Shown here: positions 9,478-19,306 of the stretch, piece by piece
Layout: each line of letters begins with the position of its first letter
Numbering within the stretch: position 1 is the first letter of the stretch
Assembly: GCA_965279515.1 (NCBI GenBank)
Contig: CBDIID010000003.1
Span: forward strand, 1,984,001 to 2,048,000
Reading direction: 5' to 3'
Origin: Turneriella sp.
GTDB taxonomy: Bacteria > Spirochaetota > Leptospiria > Turneriellales > Turneriellaceae
DNA: 64,000 bases
The notes under the pieces: generated by a model
Databases searched by the model: none
The model's input: only the letters and a program-made list of their open reading frames with translations
What the model was told of the DNA's origin: nothing
Made by a program: the position numbers and the translations under genes

Positions 9478-9832
9478 CTGCCACCTTCTTCATCACGCGT
9501 GCCGCGCGCTTCGCCACGACACCGATCAGATTTGTCAGAAAAGTAGGATTGCTTTTTGCGAGCCAGGCAAAGGTCTGCAGATCGATTCTACCGAGCTTTG
9601 CGCCGGCAGATGTCACCGTCGCCGAAGCCGAGCGCGGCATCGCGCGTATCAGTGCCATCTCGCCGAAAAAATGCCCCTGCGAGAGCGTGCGCAAAACGCC
9701 GAAACCTTTTTTGCTGATTTCAACTTCTCCGGAAAAAACAAAGTACATGCAGCCATTGGATTTTTCACCTTCGGCGAAAATCACCGCGCCCTTTTCGGCA
9801 TTGAGTGGTTGTATTTTGTATGCGCCGGTCAT
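9464..9832 (-). CDS. Stand-alone cyclic nucleotide-binding domain protein
   Basis: IFAEGE..MYFVFSGEVEI...GHFFGEMALI...PRSASA canonical CNBD; no HTH. Confidence 0.92.
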   Translation of the reverse strand: MTGAYKIQPLNAEKGAVIFAEGEKSNGCMYFVFSGEVEISKKGFGVLRTLSQGHFFGEMALIRAMPRSASATVTSAGAKLGRIDLQTFAWLAKSNPTFLTNLIGVVAKRAARVMKKVADAGL

Positions 9833-10917
9833 GCCTTGAGGCCGAAAAGTCTCACGCTCTCTTGTTTACCCCTGAGCTGTGTGGTTTCGAGTTCGACAAC
9901 AGCGCCGGCGGGTTTGCCTGCGGCGCGCGTCGGTTCGTCGATGATGATGTTGTACGGCGAATCTTTCGTGAGGTCCTGGATGCGCGCTGCGGTATTTACG
10001 GAATCACCCATCACCGCAAACTTGATCAGGCGCTCTGAGCCGATATTGCCGGCGAAAATTTTGCCCGTCGAGATACCCATACCGAACCCGTAAGGCACCT
10101 TGCCGGCGATTTCGCGCAGGCGGTTGATCGAATTCATATGCGCCTCAATGGCGAGTGCCGCCTTCACGGCGTTCTCGGCGTCCTCGGGTTTTGGAAAAGG
10201 ACAGCCGAATGTGGCAAGAATGCCGTCACCCAGCAGCTCGTTGATCGAACCGTGATTGTTAAAGACAATATCCATCAGGTCGGCAAAGAGTTTGGAGATA
10301 CGCTCGGCATAGGCCTGCGGACCAATCTTCTCAGCCATGGTTGTCGAACCGCGGATATCGAAGAACATGATCGATGCCGGCACAATCGTGCCACCCAGTT
10401 CGGTGGAAATTTCTTCGCTGAGAATCTTTTCGACAAGGTCGTCGGAGAAATAACGCTGCAAACTCTTCTTTTCCTTTTCGAGTTTGGTGTTAAGTTCCTG
10501 GATCTGTTTCTTATAACTGACGCGCTCGAATGCCTGCTGTATCTTCATCGAGACATCCGCAAAATTGAGCGGTTTCGGCAAAAAGTCGTCGGCGCCGGTC
10601 GACATACAGACGATGCGTATTTCGGGCGAATCTTCTGCCGACATCATAAAAACCGGCACGGGTATCGAGCCGTCGGTATCGCGGATATGTTTCAGGATTT
10701 CCATGCCGGGGTTATCCGGCAGATGCAGATCGACGATCGCCATATCGACGGTGTTCTGGCTGAGATAGACGATCGCCGCGGTTGCGGTTTCTACGGTAAC
10801 CACTTCATAACCCCAGGCTTGCACAAAGGCCTCAAGAGCCGTGCGCTGCACGACCTCGTCTTCCACAATGAGAATTCTCGGCTGTGCGAAGGCAGGTGCC
10901 GTGGTTTGTACCGACAT
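9829..10917 (-). CDS. Response regulator receiver fused to class III nucleotide cyclase (guanylate-type signature)
   Basis: REC (IVEDE, VDLHLP, FLPKP), coiled coil, then cyclase FFDIRGST...NELLGDG...GDSVNTAARIQ. Confidence 0.92.
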   Translation of the reverse strand: MSVQTTAPAFAQPRILIVEDEVVQRTALEAFVQAWGYEVVTVETATAAIVYLSQNTVDMAIVDLHLPDNPGMEILKHIRDTDGSIPVPVFMMSAEDSPEIRIVCMSTGADDFLPKPLNFADVSMKIQQAFERVSYKKQIQELNTKLEKEKKSLQRYFSDDLVEKILSEEISTELGGTIVPASIMFFDIRGSTTMAEKIGPQAYAERISKLFADLMDIVFNNHGSINELLGDGILATFGCPFPKPEDAENAVKAALAIEAHMNSINRLREIAGKVPYGFGMGISTGKIFAGNIGSERLIKFAVMGDSVNTAARIQDLTKDSPYNIIIDEPTRAAGKPAGAVVELETTQLRGKQESVRLFGLKA

Positions 10918-10919
10918 AA

Positions 10920-11747
10920 CTAGCTGGCGGCGAGCATCGCGAACGGATGCCCTTTGATTTTCGTCAGCGCATCGGGTGAAGCATGACGGATGAGAACATT
11001 CTGCGTACCGCCTAAATCAGTATAACAGCGTTGTACATTTGTCTTTGCGGCTTCAGGCACGGGAATTTCCAGGAGCACCGAGGCGACCACAGCAGCGATG
11101 TAAGTTGACTTCTCCAGCGGGTCGAGCAGATTTGTGTATTCTGTCGTGGGCGAAATCTCCATCAGGCGTTTAAAGATATCGGGGAGTTTCCACGCTTCGG
11201 CGGCGCGTTTGCCGAGCGTCGTATGCGTCGTGCCATACGATTGTTTTTCGAGCTTTGAGAGCTCCCACTTGTTTTTTTCGCAGGCGTCGATCATGTCGCT
11301 GTAATGCCCCTGCTTCTGCAACGCCATGATATTCATGCCAATGCTGTGCAAAAGCGCGGCGAGAAAACTTTCATCCGCCTGCGGCTTCAACGTCGTTTCG
11401 AGGGCGACGTTCTGTGCCACGAGCGCGGCATAAATGGGAAAGCGGTTGAGATATTTCTTAAAAGTCTCGCTTTTATAATTCGCCGCCATCGTCTTCGTGC
11501 TGAGATAAATAACGAGGTTCTTGGTGGCCTTGATGCCGAGCACCGCCAGGGAATCGCGGAGAACTTTCACCTTGCCGGAACGCCCGTAAAATGCCGAGTT
11601 GGCAACGCGCAAAAGTTCGGCGCTGATCGCCTTGTCAGGTATGACAAGTTTTTCAAGGTCGGCAGCGCCGTTCTTGGGGTTATTGGCATCAAACTGGATA
11701 ACCTGGGCAACGATAGTCGGTAACGGTGGGATCGCAATGTCTTCCAT
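10920..11747 (-). CDS. HDOD domain protein
   Basis: IPPLP, DKAISAELLRVANSAFYG, FLAALLHSIG, WKLP. Confidence 0.9.
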   Translation of the reverse strand: MEDIAIPPLPTIVAQVIQFDANNPKNGAADLEKLVIPDKAISAELLRVANSAFYGRSGKVKVLRDSLAVLGIKATKNLVIYLSTKTMAANYKSETFKKYLNRFPIYAALVAQNVALETTLKPQADESFLAALLHSIGMNIMALQKQGHYSDMIDACEKNKWELSKLEKQSYGTTHTTLGKRAAEAWKLPDIFKRLMEISPTTEYTNLLDPLEKSTYIAAVVASVLLEIPVPEAAKTNVQRCYTDLGGTQNVLIRHASPDALTKIKGHPFAMLAAS

Positions 11748-11819
11748 GCCTAAACCGACCTAACCTTGCGGCTGGCACGAAAAGCGATTTTCGGATTCTG
11801 CTGTACCTTGGAGCGTATC

Positions 11820-12263
11820 TTACCAGATACCGCCAAAACGGTGCATAACCCCGGTCAATGCAAACAGGATAGCCAGGATCGTCACAGCCGTGATATGCGC
11901 AGCGAGGCTATTCAGGGATTTCGGCCCCAATGCCGGAAGAATGCGCAGCCGGGCATGCGCCGCGAGAATGACCGTCAGCAAAAGCAGAGATAGCTTGAGT
12001 GTCACCGTCCGCGAGACAGCACTCGAAAACGTAAACCATAGGGATAAATCCGGCAACTGGTGGTAGGCCATCCAAATGCCGGTCGCCACAAGCGTAACCA
12101 GAGCGGGGATGCCGATTTTTTCAAAATGACTTTCGAACTCCGTAATCTTCATAGGATTGCGGCTTTTGAGGGCAGGTAGCAGGATCACGAAAAAAAGCAC
12201 GATATGACCGCCCGTCCAGATAGTGGCGGCGATGAGATGCAGGGCGATGATGGGTGCGTACAT
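11820..12263 (-). CDS. CopD family membrane protein
   Basis: LHLIAATIWTGG, LVATGIW, LKLSL; four TM helices. Confidence 0.8.
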   Translation of the reverse strand: MYAPIIALHLIAATIWTGGHIVLFFVILLPALKSRNPMKITEFESHFEKIGIPALVTLVATGIWMAYHQLPDLSLWFTFSSAVSRTVTLKLSLLLLTVILAAHARLRILPALGPKSLNSLAAHITAVTILAILFALTGVMHRFGGIW

Positions 12264-12268
12264 AAAAT

Positions 12269-13432
12269 TTATCCCGGTTTTCCGTCGCTGCGCGGCCCAA
12301 ACAATATCGGTGTATACATAAAAAGAAAAGCCCCGAAGGCCGTGAGCCAGAAAACGGCCGCGAATATATAAGCCTCGCTCAGCTTACCGGCAAACGGCAT
12401 CAGTACGCGGGCAAGCACAGCCGCATTGATGAAAAAATAGGCGCCCACTACAAGCAGCGACGCCTTGATCGGTCGCCCTGTATGCCCGAGAGCAACCCGC
12501 GTCATCATGCCAAATATAAAAACGCCGGCCGCGCCAATACCGAACACATGCCAGACAGGAGACGACGCAATGAATCCCAGGCCCGCAAGCGGCAGCATAA
12601 CAAAACCAGCAACGAGCCAAAAATAACCGGCGTAAAGAATAACGAGAATGGGGAATCTCGCGGAAGAAAAAGGCCGCCAGAGCCACCAGCGTACCGCATG
12701 CAATAAAGCATTCAAGGCAAAAATCGCCGCTGACCATTTTTCCATCACCGGGTGCAGGGGCTGGACCGCATAAATTATGAGGGCGAGAAAGCCCAGCGGC
12801 AGCACAGCCGCTTCTATCCGAGGAACGATGCGCGGCTTATTATGCTGCATGACGACGCCGGCAAAAAACGGCAAAATGCGCCCGGCAATTACCGCGACGA
12901 AGAGCACAACAACGATGAGACCGAAATGCACTGAGTGGAGAAACAAAGACTGCAGTTGTGGCATGGCATTCGCCGCAAACGCCGCCGCCTGCGCCATCGT
13001 ATAGGTAATAAAAAGAAAAAAAACACCATGATTGGTTTTCTGCCGCGTCCGGATCAAAGGCCGCAGGCAATATAAGGCAAAGAGATTTGCCGCAAGATCG
13101 GCAGTAAAGGCGGCGGATGACAGTATCGGCGGCAGAAAGAAAGCAAACCGCCCCAGCAGCCAAAGGAAAAATAATACAACGAGGGCTTTGCTGCCGGTCA
13201 GTTGCTTACCAGCCCAATGTTGCCCTGCTGTGAACAGGAAGCCGAAGATCGCCGCGCGGCAAAAGCCAAAGACCATCTCGTAGGTGTGCCAGCTGACCGG
13301 AGAGTTATTTATCGGGAATGCGTCGATGCCGCGCAATCTTAAAATCCAGATAGCAATGACCGCCGCTGCATGCACAGCGCAAGCGAAAAAAAAGATGCGG
13401 AAGGCGGTGGCAAATATGGTTAATCTGTGCAT
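12269..13432 (-). CDS. nnrS: NnrS family heme-copper membrane protein
   Basis: AFRIFF, WHTYEMVFGF, GFLFTA, GRILPFF, RVALGHTGR, PRSDGKPG. Confidence 0.92.
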   Translation of the reverse strand: MHRLTIFATAFRIFFFACAVHAAAVIAIWILRLRGIDAFPINNSPVSWHTYEMVFGFCRAAIFGFLFTAGQHWAGKQLTGSKALVVLFFLWLLGRFAFFLPPILSSAAFTADLAANLFALYCLRPLIRTRQKTNHGVFFLFITYTMAQAAAFAANAMPQLQSLFLHSVHFGLIVVVLFVAVIAGRILPFFAGVVMQHNKPRIVPRIEAAVLPLGFLALIIYAVQPLHPVMEKWSAAIFALNALLHAVRWWLWRPFSSARFPILVILYAGYFWLVAGFVMLPLAGLGFIASSPVWHVFGIGAAGVFIFGMMTRVALGHTGRPIKASLLVVGAYFFINAAVLARVLMPFAGKLSEAYIFAAVFWLTAFGAFLFMYTPILFGPRSDGKPG

Positions 13433-13468
13433 GGCATAGTCTACTAAAAAAATCCCACTCTCATTGCG

Positions 13469-14122
13469 CTACTTTCCGATTTTCTCTTTAAACGTCTCGA
13501 TATTGACGCTTAGGCCCGCATGCTGCAGAATAATTTCGCCGCCGGGCGAAAGCAGTGTGAATACAGACGAGTGTGCAAATTCGCCGTTGTCCTGTTTTTT
13601 GTAGTTAATCCCCAGCGCCGCCGCGACTTCGCGGATCGTTTCAGGTTTGCCCGCAAGCAAGGTGAACGAATCCGTCAGCCGCATTTTCGTGATGAATTTG
13701 CGCAATGCGGCCGGATTGTCGCGTTCATGGTCGAAGGAGATCATGACAAAGCGGGTTTTTTCACGCTGCGCTGCAGAGAGACTCTTCTCGAGCCGCAGTA
13801 TTTCGGCCGCGATGCGCGGGCAGATTGCGGTGCAGGTCGCGTAGAACATCGCGACGACCACGTACTTGCCCTGCAACTTATGCAGCATTAGCTCTTTGCC
13901 GTTTTGGTCAGTAAATTTATCGTGAAACTGGTAGAGCGACGCGCCCGAGATGTGCCCCGCCGGCATCGCATGATCGGCATGGGGATTTTTTGGTTTGGAG
14001 CAAGAAATCAGTAAAGTCAGAATCAACAATGGCGCACAGAAGCGGGGATTTTTAAGGGGGCCAAGGCGTTTGCGAGCAAACACCCCGGACCACCCCCTTA
14101 AGCAAAAATACGGTAGTTTCAT
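13469..14122 (-). CDS. SCO family copper chaperone lipoprotein
   Basis: FYATCTAICP (CxxxC), ISFDHERD, FAHS; ATG at 14122 overlaps the upstream stop (ATGA). Confidence 0.9.
   Translation of the reverse strand: MKLPYFCLRGWSGVFARKRLGPLKNPRFCAPLLILTLLISCSKPKNPHADHAMPAGHISGASLYQFHDKFTDQNGKELMLHKLQGKYVVVAMFYATCTAICPRIAAEILRLEKSLSAAQREKTRFVMISFDHERDNPAALRKFITKMRLTDSFTLLAGKPETIREVAAALGINYKKQDNGEFAHSSVFTLLSPGGEIILQHAGLSVNIETFKEKIGK
14052..14101. repeat. Palindromic element inside the SCO N-terminal coding region
   Basis: ttaaggggg (14052-60) pairs with cccccttaa (14093-101); inner gtttgc-ga-gcaaac hairpin. Confidence 0.65.
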
Positions 14123-14823
14123 GATACATCCTTGGCACACCGGAAGCCTAAGTTATGACCGGTATAATTTCCTTTAAGAGAGCTGCGCATGCCATACCGC
14201 ATGTAAGTCGCGTAGTTTCTGAGATCGCTGCCCGAAAGCGCCGTCGCACCGCAGAAGAGATTCGATTCGGTATCGGTGTCGGCGCGCGAATCGCCGGTAA
14301 CGGTCGATGAATTAAAATCCTCAACCCATTCCCAGATCAAGCCATGCAGATCGTGCACACCCTGCGGGCTCACGAGGCCCGTGCCGGTCAGGGCGCCCTG
14401 ACCCATATCATTCGGTTTGCCGAACCAGCTTAAGATACGCGCATTGACCGTGGGTCGCGCATCCCATTTATTATAGGTGGCGACATATTCCCATTCATAG
14501 AGCGTCGGCAAACGTTTGTTCTGCGCCCGGCAATAAGCACGCGCGGCATACCATGAGATCCGCGTCATCACCGTATCACGGGGGGCGCGGGCAAAATCGA
14601 TATTTCTCAGATAACCGGCGTCGGATTTAATGCCCGGCACGTTCTCTTTTTTCCACTGCGGATTACGTTCGAGAAAAGTGGAGAACTGGGCGACCGTAAC
14701 GGGGTAGGCATCGATGTAAAACTTCTGAATGCGGACAGCCTTCTGCTCTTTCTTCAGGTCGAAAGGGCGAAAGCTGCCCGCGGCAATCAATACCATTGTG
14801 GTAAAGATTGCCGTCATCGTCAA
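14119..14823 (-). CDS. Formylglycine-generating enzyme family protein (NirV-like)
   Basis: [38 protein letters not shown]; directly downstream of nirK. Confidence 0.88.
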   Translation of the reverse strand: MTMTAIFTTMVLIAAGSFRPFDLKKEQKAVRIQKFYIDAYPVTVAQFSTFLERNPQWKKENVPGIKSDAGYLRNIDFARAPRDTVMTRISWYAARAYCRAQNKRLPTLYEWEYVATYNKWDARPTVNARILSWFGKPNDMGQGALTGTGLVSPQGVHDLHGLIWEWVEDFNSSTVTGDSRADTDTESNLFCGATALSGSDLRNYATYMRYGMRSSLKGNYTGHNLGFRCAKDVS

Positions 14824-16211
14824 TGCCCTCTCAGGCCGGCCACCTCGCTGGCTGTGACTTCGCCACCCGAGTTACCCCAGGTATTGAGGACGTAGGTCAG
14901 AACGCTGGCGATATCGTCGTCCGATAAACCGAGCCCCGGCATCACGCTGTCGTACTTCTCTTTGTTGACGGTGATCGCGCCGGTCTTGCCTTCGAGCAGA
15001 ATTCTAATCGCGCGCGCTTTATCGGCGTTCAGGTAATCAGATTTCGCGAGAGGAGGGAATGCTTTCGGCACGCCCTGACCTTCGTTCATGTGGCACGCCT
15101 GGCAAGTCGTACCATAGATACGTTTGCCTTCGGCGATGCGCTCGTCTTTGGTTTTCGCGGCGACCTTTTTGTCTTTTTCAGCCGGCATAGTCTGCGTTGC
15201 GCCACCTTCACCCAGATAAACAGTGTCAGCTTGCTTACCCGAATAGATCTTCGCATTGGCTTCGCCCTCGGCCTTAAGCAGGCCCAGCGCGCCCTTGTTA
15301 AAGGTACGGAAAATCGAGTGGTCGACGATCACATAGTTACCGGGTATATCCATCTTAAAATCGACAATCGCTGAACCGCCGGCGGGTACCAGTGTGGTCT
15401 GCACATTCTTCTGATTTCTTTCCGTGCCGCCTTCTGTATAAACAGAGTCAAAGATTTCGCCGATGACGTGGAATGAAGACACGAGGTTCGGACCGCCGTT
15501 GCCGACGAAAAACCGTACCTTGTCGCCGACTTTGGTTTTCAGCGCCTTATCACCCGTCATCGAACCCACAGAACCGTTAAACACAACGTATTCGGGTTTC
15601 TCATCGAGCGCCTTATTCATATCGAAAGGTTGCAGGCCGGTTTGCCCGTTCTTGCCCTTCGTATAAAATTCGGACTGCATGACGTAGAATTCTTTATCCA
15701 CCTTAGGCAATCCGTCTTTGGGTTCGACCAGAATCAAACCATACATGCCGTTCGCGATGTGCATACCCACGGGCGCCGTGGCGCAGTGGTAGACATAGAG
15801 GCCGGGATTCAACGCCTTGAAGGAGAATTTGGAACTGTGGCCAGGAGATGTAAGCGAAGCCGCGGCGCCACCGCCGGGACCCGTGACAGCGTGCAGGTCG
15901 ATGTTATGCGGCATCTTGCTCGTGGGGTGATTATTAAGCGTGAACTCCACATCGTCACCCTCGCGCACGCGCATCATCGGGCCGGGCACAGTGCCGCCGA
16001 ATGTCCAGAAGGTGTATTCGACACCATCGGCTAGACGCCCCTTAAGCTCTTTGGTTTCAAGTTCGATGACCACCTTGGTGTTGCCGCTTCGCGTTAGCTG
16101 CGGCGGTACTTCAGGCGCATAGGTCAGAATAGCTTTCTCTTCTTTAACCCCGCAGGCGGTGACGATGAGGGCTATTGCGAGCCCCAGCCAATATTGCTTT
16201 TTAAATCTCAT
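14820..16211 (-). CDS. nirK: Copper-containing nitrite reductase (AniA-type lipoprotein) fused to C-terminal cytochrome c
   Basis: [33 protein letters not shown] copper motifs; CQACH heme motif; lipobox VTAC; RBS ggagga. Confidence 0.97.
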   Translation of the reverse strand: MRFKKQYWLGLAIALIVTACGVKEEKAILTYAPEVPPQLTRSGNTKVVIELETKELKGRLADGVEYTFWTFGGTVPGPMMRVREGDDVEFTLNNHPTSKMPHNIDLHAVTGPGGGAAASLTSPGHSSKFSFKALNPGLYVYHCATAPVGMHIANGMYGLILVEPKDGLPKVDKEFYVMQSEFYTKGKNGQTGLQPFDMNKALDEKPEYVVFNGSVGSMTGDKALKTKVGDKVRFFVGNGGPNLVSSFHVIGEIFDSVYTEGGTERNQKNVQTTLVPAGGSAIVDFKMDIPGNYVIVDHSIFRTFNKGALGLLKAEGEANAKIYSGKQADTVYLGEGGATQTMPAEKDKKVAAKTKDERIAEGKRIYGTTCQACHMNEGQGVPKAFPPLAKSDYLNADKARAIRILLEGKTGAITVNKEKYDSVMPGLGLSDDDIASVLTYVLNTWGNSGGEVTASEVAGLRGH

Positions 16212-16272
16212 ATCTCCTCCTCTACGACATCACTACTATGCTGTAAACATAAACTAATTTTGGCATATTGCA

Positions 16273-16286
16273 TTGACCTGGATCAA
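16273..16286. promoter_or_regulatory. FNR/DNR/NnrR-type box upstream of nirK
   Basis: TTGAC-CTGG-ATCAA, one mismatch to TTGAT-N4-ATCAA, between nirK and the divergent Crp/Fnr gene. Confidence 0.85.
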
Positions 16287-16347
16287 TTCCATTAGCTTTT
16301 AAAGTTTGTCCGGACAGAATAGGCGTACGAACTTACCGTGAAGAGAC

Positions 16348-16965
16348 ATGACCTCCATCGAATTCAAAGCGCTCAGCCCGGAGAAGGCGGAAAACCTGCG
16401 TTCACTTTCGCATTACCGCCGTTTCAATCGCGGTGGGATGGTCTTTTTACAGGGCGACAGTTACCTGGGCCCGTTTATCGTAGCTGAAGGGCAATTCAAA
16501 GTATACCTCGCTGGTGATGACGGGAAAGAATCTGTTCTGAATATTTTTCGCACCGACGACCTTCTGGCCAGTGGTCCATTGTTTCTCGGTGGCGGATATC
16601 CCGCCTCTTGCTCTGCGGTTACCGACGGTTGTTTGATTTGTTTTGAATACGACCGCCTGTTGAAGCTGCTCAAAGCCGATGAAGCAATCAACGGATATTT
16701 CCTCCAACGCAGTATCCACCTTATCCCGAGACTCAAAGAAAAAATCGAAAATCTCACCTTGAAGAACGCCGAACAGCGGATGATAGCGTATCTGAAATCT
16801 CTGGGGGCCGACAAACAAGCCGTAGCGTTAGAAATACCGAAACATCAAATCGCGGCCCTACTTGATCTTTCACCCGAATCCGTCAGCCGGGTATTGGGAA
16901 AATTAGCCGCGCGAGAAATACTCAGCGTCGAGGGCAAAACGTATAAACTGAATAAACTGGGCTGA
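16348..16965 (+). CDS. Crp/Fnr family transcriptional regulator (DNR/NnrR-like)
   Basis: cNMP-like domain plus HTH with PESVSR (ExxSR FNR-type recognition helix); no N-terminal Cys cluster. Confidence 0.92.
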   Translation: MTSIEFKALSPEKAENLRSLSHYRRFNRGGMVFLQGDSYLGPFIVAEGQFKVYLAGDDGKESVLNIFRTDDLLASGPLFLGGGYPASCSAVTDGCLICFEYDRLLKLLKADEAINGYFLQRSIHLIPRLKEKIENLTLKNAEQRMIAYLKSLGADKQAVALEIPKHQIAALLDLSPESVSRVLGKLAAREILSVEGKTYKLNKLG

Positions 16966-16966
16966 T

Positions 16967-17521
16967 TTAGGGTGCGATCTTAGGCTCAAGCCAACTTGCG
17001 GGGGTTATCGCGGCTTCTTGATTTTCATCGGCCAATGTCATTTCACCATCCTGTATGAGGCAGGTAAACGCCATCGTTCGTTTTACCATAGTCGACAATG
17101 GCCTGATGTTATCATCCTGCAAGAATCGTACATGCAGGTTATCGAAACGGGCCAGTGAAGATTGAATTCCCTGCCACCACGGTTTCGCGCGATGCAGCCC
17201 GTAGCAGTAAATATAGACCTGCCGTGCACGGCCACAGGCTTTGCGGATTCTTTTTTCGTCGGGTTGGCCGATCTCAATCCAATCGAGAATTTCTCCGGAG
17301 AGATTTTTTTTCCAGATCGCGGGTGTGTCGTCGACGCTGACGCCACCAGCAAATTCAAGCGCGGGGTCTGCGTGGATGGCAAATACCAGCAAACGTATCA
17401 TCATACGCTCATCGGTTTCTGATGGATGGCGGGCAAGAGTCAGCTTGTGAGATTGATAATAATCGCGATCGGTATCCGTTATCTGTAGATCGGCTTTGAA
17501 GATAGTTGATTTGATTGCCAT
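16967..17521 (-). CDS. yaeQ: YaeQ family protein
   Basis: MAIKSTIFKA, ARHPSETDERMMIRL, WIEIGQPDEKRIRKACGRA. Confidence 0.93.
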   Translation of the reverse strand: MAIKSTIFKADLQITDTDRDYYQSHKLTLARHPSETDERMMIRLLVFAIHADPALEFAGGVSVDDTPAIWKKNLSGEILDWIEIGQPDEKRIRKACGRARQVYIYCYGLHRAKPWWQGIQSSLARFDNLHVRFLQDDNIRPLSTMVKRTMAFTCLIQDGEMTLADENQEAAITPASWLEPKIAP

Positions 17522-17596
17522 AGAGATTCGGGATGTCCGCTCCCTTTTGCATATGCGGGTTAGCCCGCAAACCCTTTGGCGGCAGATTCCAAAAGG

Positions 17597-19306
17597 CTAC
17601 TTCGCGGCTTCCTGGAAAAAATCCCCAAGGGCTTCCGTTAACCTCGTGGCATCACTCAAGACGCGGTACGAAGCACCTTGCATCATGAGCGGAATCGACG
17701 CTTTGTCGCCTTTACCGATGGCGAGTGCATGCACACGGATACCACTCTGCCTGAGTTCGCGCACCGCATGACGTACATCCTCGATACCATAACGACCTTC
17801 ATAATAATCATAATCGTTGGGTCTGAGATCAGTTAAAAGAATAACCCACTTCTGCCGGGCTGCCACAAACCCCATAAGACTCTCCGCATGGCGCAGTGCC
17901 GGCCCGATACGCGTATAACCGACCGGCTCGAGCGCACCGAGTCGATTGCGCGCTCCTTGCCACGGCGTTAGCTCCTCTTTGACTTTAAGAAAACGACAGT
18001 GATTACGTGTGCGCGAATAGAAGGCCGAAACGGCAAACCGAATATGGTACTTATCAAGACATTCACCGAACGCAATGAGTGCGTCTTTTTCAACTTCAAC
18101 AATCCGTCGCCCGGCGATAAAGGAATCTGTGGAGAGACTGATATCCGTCAGAAGGTGTATGTAGAGATCGGAGAAAGCCCGGGAACGGCGGGCGTAGATA
18201 TTTTCGGAAGGAGTGATACCCGCGGCGAGATCGCCAAAGCTCTCAATTGTGGCATCCAAATCAACCGTATCACCGGCAACTAATCTTCTTTTGACGTTCT
18301 TTTCCTGAATGAGCTTCAGAGTCCGGCGCTCCAATCCGTGCCGGTCGCGCATCGTTCGTCGCAGCGATGCCGCCACGAATGCCTCATCGGCAGCCGTGAA
18401 TTCTTCGACCAATAGCCCGCAATGTTTTTCTCGCAGCGCATTCCGTCTGAAGTCCCATTCGGGATAAAAAAATTCTGCCCGACTATTTTCAACCTCTGCC
18501 ATTTCGCCGCCTGGCGTGGCCCCGGCCTCCGTTTCAATCGTGGCATGCGTTGCATCATCGCTGCGGATAAAATGCTTCAGTTTCAAATCTTGCAGAGCAT
18601 CACGGTGTTCCTGTAGTTCATCGCTGCCGTCGAGATCGCGCCAGACACCATCAAATTCTTCGGCGGTTTCGATTTTTTCAAAGTTGTGCCCCAGCGTATA
18701 CTCTTCAATCTTGGCACGATCGGGTTCAAGCATTTCGGGCGATTCAATCTTTACGGCAATGGAGTGACTGGTCCGCCTGGTCTCAGCAGCCTTTTCTTTT
18801 CTCAGGCCCTGAACCGACTGTAAACCGGCTTTATCTGGCGATCTCTCGGGCGCTTCTGCAGAAATTAAAAGCTTGAGCAGAATTTTGTGCTGCGTAGAAT
18901 GATTTTTCCTGAGCTGGTGCATTTCGGTGCAGATCGGTTGCAGAAATTTCGCGAATGAGCCGTATTCCCTGTGCAGCCAGCGTAGCCTGCGAAATAGATT
19001 CGTCTGTGGTTTTGCGCTGATGAGCAGTATTCCTAACTCAAGGAAGCTCCGGCTCAAATCAGCCGATGTCATGAGGCCTTGCGAAAATGGCAGACACAGT
19101 TTGCCGCCGATAAGCTTGATCTTGCCCGGCTCGTCAATGAGGTCGACCGACACACCCGTTACAAGATCCGCAAAGCGAAGCAGCCGGCCAGCACCACCGC
19201 CTGCACTCCTGAAGGGTAAATGAGATGATCGGCGATCAGCGGCACGCCGGCGCAGCCCGGTCAGCCAGCGCGCTGCTTTCTGAAACAGCCATTGGTCGAG
19301 GTCCAT
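17597..19306 (-). CDS. norD: Nitric oxide reductase activation protein NorD (vWA)
   Basis: YPEWD, DISLST MIDAS, YTRIGPALRHA, YEGRYGIED; first in line after norQ. Confidence 0.92.
   Translation of the reverse strand: MDLDQWLFQKAARWLTGLRRRAADRRSSHLPFRSAGGGAGRLLRFADLVTGVSVDLIDEPGKIKLIGGKLCLPFSQGLMTSADLSRSFLELGILLISAKPQTNLFRRLRWLHREYGSFAKFLQPICTEMHQLRKNHSTQHKILLKLLISAEAPERSPDKAGLQSVQGLRKEKAAETRRTSHSIAVKIESPEMLEPDRAKIEEYTLGHNFEKIETAEEFDGVWRDLDGSDELQEHRDALQDLKLKHFIRSDDATHATIETEAGATPGGEMAEVENSRAEFFYPEWDFRRNALREKHCGLLVEEFTAADEAFVAASLRRTMRDRHGLERRTLKLIQEKNVKRRLVAGDTVDLDATIESFGDLAAGITPSENIYARRSRAFSDLYIHLLTDISLSTDSFIAGRRIVEVEKDALIAFGECLDKYHIRFAVSAFYSRTRNHCRFLKVKEELTPWQGARNRLGALEPVGYTRIGPALRHAESLMGFVAARQKWVILLTDLRPNDYDYYEGRYGIEDVRHAVRELRQSGIRVHALAIGKGDKASIPLMMQGASYRVLSDATRLTEALGDFFQEAAK

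Noticed and set aside
9073..10917. Pycsar/CBASS-type anti-phage system
   Set aside because: The cyclase is receiver-fused and the CNBD proteins have no TM, TIR or nuclease effector domain; signalling fits better.
16967..17521. yaeQ as a functional part of the denitrification island
   Set aside because: No known link to NO metabolism and no FNR box; adjacency alone is insufficient.
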